A stretch of 28,414 nt of DNA from Chiloscyllium plagiosum. Its lineage: Eukaryota. Each line of letters opens with the position of its first letter. Positions within the stretch are counted from its first letter, which is position 1. Location: assembly GCF_004010195.1 (NCBI RefSeq), contig NC_057719.1, forward strand, positions 68,351,873 to 68,380,286, written 5' to 3'. Shown piece by piece: positions 21,490-28,414 of this stretch. The position numbers and the translations under genes are program-made. The notes below the pieces were generated by a model. It did no database searches and was not told the DNA's origin. It was given only the letters and a program-made list of their open reading frames with translations.

Positions 21490-23250
21490 TTGCTTGTGCT
21501 TCAAAATTTACTTTTATATCTACCCCGAAAGGCTTAAATTCTTGTTAGGCCCTGTCTTGTTAGTTCTGCTTTGAATGACCCCCCACCTCCATTACCTTCT
21601 GAGGCAGAGAGTTCCAAAGGTGCAGAACCCTCTGGGAGTAACATTTTCCCCTCATCCCTGACCTAAAAGGGCAGCTCCCAATTTTAATACAGTGCCTCAT
21701 TAGTTCTGGACTCACCAACAAGAGGAAATATACTTTCCACATCTACCTGGTCAAGACCAAGCAGGTCAACTTCATTACTTAAAACCCAGTGGAAACATAG
21801 CCTGCTTGTCCAACCTTACCTCATGAGATAACCAGTTCATTCCAGGAATCAAAATAATAAACCTACTCTAAATCTCCTCCGATGCCTTTAAAACCTTTCT
21901 TAAATAAGGAGAACAAAACTGTACACAGTATTCAAGATGTGATCTCACCAATGCCCTGCCTCACTAAATAATAACATCCTTACTTTTTTGTTCAATTCCT
22001 CACATCATAAAGGATAGTATCCCATTAGCATTCTTTATTATGTACTGTATTACCATGCCAATTTTTTTGTGACTTGTGCACTAGAACACTTACATACCTC
22101 TGCACCTTGGAATTCTGCAGTCATTCCCCATTTAATAAATACTCTTTTTAAATGCTTTTTGCCTAAGTAAACAATTTCACATTTTCCTACATTTTACTCC
22201 GTCAGATTTTGAAGCAATCATCCAACCTAACTATATCTGTCTGCATATCACATACTTAACAAAGTTTGCTGTCTTCTTTAGGCTATCTACAAATGCAGCT
22301 ACCATGCCTTTGCTCCCCTCATATAAATATAAAAGGCTGGGGCCCCAGCACAGTCTCCTGGTGGACCCTACTTACCACATCCTGGAAAGTCTCACTTATA
22401 CATTCACCGTGCTTTCTACCAACCAGCCAGTCTGCAACGCATGTTAATATTTCACCCATGAGCTCCTTGCTTGAAAAATCACCTTTTACATGGTATTTTG
22501 TCAAATACCTTCTGGAAATCCAATTATGGTCCATCTACAGGTTCCCTTTTATCCACAGTTCATATCACTCCTTCAAAGAACACAAGGAAACCTACTTTTC
22601 ACTAAACCACATTGACTCCTCACAGTTACATTGGGTATTTCTAAGTCCAGTTCACCTGATGACTCATTCTAATACCTTCCTCATGACAGACCTCAAGTTA
22701 AATGACCTATAACTTTCTCCTTGAATAAAGAGGGGAACATTTGTTACTTTCCAATCTAATGAAACATTTTCAAAGCTATCATAGTTTGGAAAATTAACAC
22801 CAATGCATCTACTCTTCAGAAGTCATCTCTTTTTTAAGACACTAGAATGAAGTCCATCTGAACCAAGAGACTAGTTAGTCAACAACTTTATCAATTTGTT
22901 TAGTGCCACTTTCCTAGTGATTATAATTTCATCAAGTTTCTCTCTCCTTTCCACCTCCTGATTTACAGCTATATTTTGTATGTATTCTATACTGAAGATA
23001 GAAGCAAAATATTTGTTCATTGGATCTACCACTTACTTATTATCTACTGTTAACTCCCCATTCCCACTCTCTAGAAGACAAATAGGTACTTTATTTATGC
23101 TTTCCCTTTTTAAATATGCCGAGAAACGCTTTCTATTTACTTTATGTCCAGTTAACTTGTTGCCATCATCTAATTTCTTTCTCCGGATCAATCTTTTAGC
23201 CATTCTCTAGCATTCTTCATACAGTCACCATTCATCTGCCCTGTTACGCG
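21490..23250 (-). mobile_element. Old, heavily decayed CR1-type LINE
   Basis: - strand remnants YSQRVLHLWNSLPQKVME, VADWLVGRK and VHQETVLGPQPFIFI; boundaries approximate. Confidence 0.75.
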
Positions 23251-23258
23251 TATTTGTG

Positions 23259-23976
23259 AAGAGACCTTGGAGTGCAGGTTCATTGCTCCTTGAAAGTGGT
23301 GTTGCAGATAGATAGGGTAGTGAAGAAGACATTTGGTATGCTTTCCTTTATTGGTCAGAGTATTGTGTACAGGAGTTGGGAGGTCATGTTGCGGCTGTAC
23401 AGGACATTGGTTAGGCCACTGTTGGAATATTGCATGCAATTCTGGTCTCCTTCCTATCAGAAAGATGTTGTGAAACTTGAAAGGGTTCAGAAAAGATTTA
23501 CAAAGATGTTGCCAGGGTTGGAGGATTTGAACTAAAGGGAGAGGCTGAACTGGTTGGGGCTGTTTTCCCTGGAGTGTTGGAGGCTGAGAGGTGACTTTCT
23601 AGAGGTTTATAAAATCATGAGGGCCATGGATAGGAAAAATAGACAAAGTCTTTTCCTTGGGTTGGGGGAGTCCAGAACTAGAGAGCATAGGTTTAGGGTG
23701 AGAGGGAAAGATATAAAAGAGACATAAGGGGCAACTTTTTCATGCAGAGGATGGTACATGTATGGAATGAGCTGCCAAAGGAAGTGGTGGAGGCTAGTAC
23801 AATTGCAACATTTAAAAGGCATTTGAATGGTATATAAATAGGAAGGGTTTGGAAGGATATGAGCCGAGTGCTGGCAGGTGGGACTAGATTGGCTTGGGAT
23901 ATGTGGTCGCCATGGACGGGTTGGACCGAAGGACATGTTTCCGTGCTGTACATCTCTATGACTGTATGACTCTATG
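23259..23976 (+). mobile_element. CR1/HER1-type LINE 3' fragment
   Basis: VMLRLYRTLVRPLLEYCMQFWSPSYQKDVVKLERVQKRFT; highly similar to 8685-9235 and ~11262-11947; CTATGA.T repeat tail. Confidence 0.92.
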
Positions 23977-24984
23977 TGGGTAAAAATGCAGGTTGTCACA
24001 ACAGCTCAGACTCTTTGGGGGCTAGTATAGCAAATAATAAGTCTGAAAGGGTGTACATGTGATTGAGTGTGGTCTGAATTTGTAAAGTAAAAGACTTGAG
24101 GAAGATGGGATAGTGGTAAATGTAAGTATGTATAAAAAGAACAAGATAACAAGAATGGGCTGAAGAGCTATGAGGGTTATGAAGACATGGGAGAGATGTC
24201 GTGCATCGGTTTGACATGGTTAATATGTGATTGAGTGCAGTTGGTAGCAGCCACTGTGATGATGTCATGGGGAATTGGAACTTGTATGAAGCAGACCTGA
24301 GGCTAGCGCACTCTAATAGCCGCTACAACATTGCAGGCAATATTCATGTAACCACACCGCCCCTCTCCCCCCCCCCCATAAACAGTTGCAACAATGTAGT
24401 AAACATCATAATATTTATTGCAGAAAACTTTCATAATTAGACAAGAAATATAAATATCATATTCCATAGTAGACCACTTTGGGCTTGCAGAAGTCCACAC
24501 ACAATATAGTGACACTGGTGAGTCCCCGCTGTAACATGTTTTCTGCTCATACACTTTGTTATTTTCTGAAATATTCTTCTGTTTTGTGGAGTTTGTGGAG
24601 TTCTCTGACATCAGCAAACTGCAATATCTGTTGAAGTCTCTGTGTCACCAGTATGTTTCTCTTCTGATTTTTCTTGAAGGTCTATCCTATAATTTCTTAT
24701 CGTGCTGGTCACTGCCATTCACTATGTTCCAGGAGGAGCTTACAATTGCCACCATATTGTGTGTGAATTTGTGCAAAATACTGTGAAAGTCTTTAATAAT
24801 TGTTTCAATCAATGACATTCTGGAAAGAGCAAGATTCAGAAAAACAGTGCAGGATTGAAGTTAGCCATTAGATAATTTAAAAACCGATCTACACAAGCCA
24901 CTGGAGAGATGTTTTTGTGGTGCATTGAAGTCAGAATTCCTGAGATTGTTGCAGGCATTAATTTGTCAGCTTTATTATAGTCTA

Positions 24985-25248
24985 GGGCAGGTGGCTTCAC
25001 AGCACTAGGGTCCCAGTTTCAATCCCAGCCTGTGTGGAGTTTGCACATTCTCTGCGTGGGTGTGCTCTGGTTTCCTCCCACAGTCCAAAGATGAGCAGGT
25101 CAGGGTGAATTGGTCATACTAAGTTGCCTGCAGTGTTAGGTGCATTAGTTGGAGGGAAATCCATCTGGGTGGGTTACTCTTTGGAGGGTTGGTGTGGACT
25201 TGTTGGGCTGAAGGGCCTGTTTCCACACTGTATGAAATCTAATCTAAT
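24985..25248 (+). mobile_element. HE1-like SINE with internal deletions
   Basis: V-domain TGTGTGGAGTTTGCACATTCTC, GGTTTCCTCCCACAGTCCAAAGATG, tail GGGCTGAAGGGCCTGTTTCCACACTGTA..AATCTAATCTAAT; A box largely deleted. Confidence 0.9.
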
Positions 25249-26028
25249 GTTAGCCTAGCTTTACATGAAAGCCATTCAGATGCCTTCGAAAACAGAGATC
25301 CAAATATAAATGGATCAGTCCTAGGAGAAGTGAAAACTTGTTACTGAGGATCTACAAAATTTTGGCATTTCTTAAGGTACAACACCACAAAAGACACCCC
25401 AGATAAACCATCGTAGCAGATAGTAGGGACACCAGACTGTGAAAGTCCTTGGCAATGCTGTGGAGCAAAGAAACCTCACAGGTAGGAATAGTGCCCAGCT
25501 TTTAAAACTGAATGCTTTTATTGTGAGAAAGTAGGTCACTTTAAAAAAAAGGTGTGCCCACCAAGAATTCAGTCCCAGAAAAGCAAAAGACCAAACAACT
25601 ACTCACACAAGTGATAAACCAGTCTCTTGTAGAAATTAAACCGAAGGTTTCCCAAGGAAAACAGTGACCCAGACCAAACATTTGGGCACACTGACATCTA
25701 TGACAATGGTCTGTCACAAATTTCAAGTTAGATACAGGAGAAAATGTCACAGTATTGTCAGGTAGACAGCCTTAGTTGACAAGAAGCTACTTACAGCTGA
25801 CAGAGGTCCTTGACATGGTCTCAGGGTGAATTGAATTTAATGTTAAAGGTATGTAACAAGCACACTCCAGCATAGGAGACACCAAATACTAGAAAACACT
25901 TACTTATCCCACTATCAAGAATATGCTGTCCCGTGTAGCCAGGCATGGATTGACCTTAATCTCAAAAGGAACCAGAGATGAAGCACAGAAATTAAAAAGT
26001 TCCATTGAAAAGAAATATTCCAATATGT

Positions 26029-27928
26029 TAGACCCTAAGACCATAAGACATAGGAGTGGAAGGAAGGCCATTCGGTCCATCGAGTCCCTTCCACCATTTA
26101 ATCATAGCTGATGGGTGTTTCAACTCCACTTACCTACACTCTCCCCGTAGCCCTTAATTCCTTTTGAGATCAAGAATTTATCAATGTCCTGACCTCTATT
26201 GCACTCTGTGGCAATGAATTCCAAGGCCTACTATTCTTTCTAAAGAAATGTCTCCTCATTTCCATTCTAAATTGACCCCCTCTGATGTTAAGGCTGTGAC
26301 CACGGGTCCTAGTCTCCCCGCCTAACGGAAGCAACTTCCCAGCATCCACCTTTCTAAGCCATGCTTTGTATTGTAAGTTTCTATTAGATCTCCCTTCACC
26401 CTTCTAAACTCTAAGGAATACAATCCAAGGATCCTTAGCCGATCATCATATGTTAGGCCTACAATTTCAGGGATCATCCGTGTGCATCTCTGTGGGACAT
26501 GCTCCAGCGCCAGTACGTCCTTACTGAGGTGTGGGGCCCAAAGTTGGACATAGTATGCTAAATGGGGCCTAACTAGAGCTTTATAAAGTCTCAGCAGCAC
26601 GTCACTGCTTTTATATTCCAACCCTCTTGAGACAAATGATAACATTACATTTGCTTTCTTAATTAAGGACTTAACCTTCAAATCAACCTTTAGAACCTTT
26701 GGCTTTATGAAATTTCTCACTGTTTAAAAAATAGTCCATGCCTGTATTCTTTTTTTCCAAAGTGCAAGACCTCACACTTGCTCACATTGAATTTCATCAA
26801 CCATACTCTCCTAAACTGTTCAAATCTTTCAGCAGCCTCCCCACACTCCTCACTACTACCTGCTTGTCTGCCTAACTTTGTATCATCGGCAAACTTTGCC
26901 AGAATGCTCCCAGTCCCTTCATCCAGATCATTAATATATAACGTGAACAGCTGTGGGTGCAACACTGACCCCTACGGGACCTCACTTGTCATCAGCTGCC
27001 ATTCCGAAAAAAAATCTTTTATGCCAACTCTCTGCCTTCTGTCAGACAGCCAATCCCCAATCCTCTCTGCCTTCTGTCAGACAGCCAATCCCCAATCCAT
27101 GCCAGTAGTTCACCTCGAACACCATGGACTCTCACCTTATTCAGTAGTCTCCCATGAGGCACCTTATCAAAGGCCTTTTGGAAGCCTAGATAGATAACAT
27201 CCACTGAGTTTCCCTGGTCTAACCTACTTGTTACCTCTTCAAAGAATTCTAATAGGTTTGTCAGGCATAACCTCCCCTTACTAAATCCATGCTGACTTAT
27301 TCTAATCCGACCCTGTACTTCCAAGCATTTAGAAATCTCATCCTTAATGGTGGATTCTAGAATTTTATCTACAACCAAGATAAGGCTAATCAGCCTATAA
27401 TTTTCCATCTTTTGTCTTAATCCTTTCTTGAACAAGGGGGTTACAACAGCGATTTTCCAATCGTCTGAGACTTTCCCTGACTCCAGTGATTTTTGAAAGA
27501 TCACAATCAGCGCCTCCACTATTTCCTCAGCCACCTCTCTCAGAACTCTAGGATGTAGCCCATCGGGGCCTGGAGATTTATTGAATTTTAGACCTTTTAG
27601 CTTTTATACCACTTTCTCTTTTGTAATGGCAACCATACTCAACTCTGCCCGCGACTCCTTAATTGTTGGGATATTACTCAAGTCTTCCACTGTGAAGACT
27701 GACACAAAATACTTATTAAGTTCTTCAGCTTTTTCCTTATAGCCCAGCATCAATTTGAAACAGCCCAAATTCAACTTTTGCCTCTCATTTGTTTCTTATG
27801 TATTGAAAGAAACTTTTACTATCATTTCTAATACTACTGGCTAGATTACCTTCATATTTGATCCTGTACTTCCATATTTCTCTCTTTGTTATCCTCTGTT
27901 TGTTTTTGTAGTCTTCCCAATCTTCTGA
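26029..27928 (-). mobile_element. CR1-type LINE ORF2 relic (RT domain to 3' tail)
   Basis: - strand ORFs WKIAVVTPLFKKG, QHGFSKGRLCLTNLLEFFEEVT, FQKAFDKVPH, AKFADDTKLG, LYKALVRPHL; TCTTATG-type tail at ~26030-26052. Confidence 0.95.
27028..27097. repeat. Perfect 35-bp tandem duplication inside the CR1 RT
   Basis: CTCTCTGCCTTCTGTCAGACAGCCAATCCCCAATC at 27028-27062 and 27063-27097. Confidence 0.95.
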
Positions 27929-27930
27929 CA

Positions 27931-28414
27931 GTAATAGCATTAGCAAATTTGCTGATGATACTAAGCTGGGTGGCAGGGTGAAATGTGAGGAGGATGTTAG
28001 GAGATTACAGGGTGTCCTGGACAGATTAGGTGAGTGGTCAGATGCATGGCAGATGCAGTTTAATGTGGATAAATGTATGGTTATCCACTTTGGTGGCAAT
28101 AACAGGAAGGCAGATTACTATGTAAATTGAATCAATTTAGGTAAAGGGGCAGTACAGAGAGATCTGGGTGTTCTTGTACACCAGTCAATGAAGGTAAGCA
28201 TGCAGGTACAGAAGGTAGTGAAGAAGGCTAATAGCATGCTGGTCTTCATAACAAGAGGGATTGAGTATAGAAGCAAAGAAGTTCTTCTGCAGCTGTACAG
28301 GGCCCTAGTGAGACCACACCTGGAGTACTGTGTGCAGTTCTGGTCTCCAAATTTGAGGAAAGACATTCTGGCTATTGAGGGAGTGCAGCGTAGGTTCACA
28401 AGGTCAATTCCTGG
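27931..28414 (+). mobile_element. CR1-type LINE RT fragment running off the window
   Basis: ISKFADDTKLGGRV, WQMQFNVDKC, LLQLYRALVRPHLEYCVQFWSP. Confidence 0.93.

Noticed and set aside
24231..24786. Overlapping 69-104 aa ORFs
   Set aside because: No recognisable domain or splice structure; probably decayed repeat or neutral DNA.
26322..27534. RT ORFs as an active retrotransposon or a retron/DGR-type system
   Set aside because: Ordinary CR1 ORF2 broken by frameshifts and stops; no accessory genes or template repeats.
26029..28414. Opposed CR1 fragments as one twin-primed 5' inversion
   Set aside because: Both parts contain the same FADDTKL region with clearly different sequence, so they are independent insertions.

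Overview
Repeat-dominated eukaryotic DNA, almost certainly from a cartilaginous fish (elasmobranch, probably a shark), judged from HE1/V-SINE copies with (AATCT)n tails and HER1/CR1-type LINEs. I can support no host protein-coding exon, RNA gene or prokaryotic feature. The recognisable ORFs are decayed retrotransposon fragments or low-complexity artefacts. The window contains several CR1-type LINE relics, a second CR1/L2-group LINE with its partner tRNA-derived SINE, Rex1-like and L2-like fragments, a probable solo LTR and a ~2.4 kb interrupted CT/CA-rich tract. AT-rich unique stretches may hold regulatory elements. The most interesting signal is six short (160-370 bp) non-coding fold-back insertions from at least three sequence families. 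Each carries a full or partial minimal hammerhead-ribozyme core (CTGANGA-stem II-GAAA-palindromic stem III) of the kind linked to Penelope-like elements. Five share a 3' TCCAGCATCTGCAGT-like motif and four have exact 11-15 bp target-site duplications. The inversion points mostly lie at the ribozyme, and one copy is a fold-back of an earlier fold-back. Family names come from motif recognition only and need a RepeatMasker/Dfam check.
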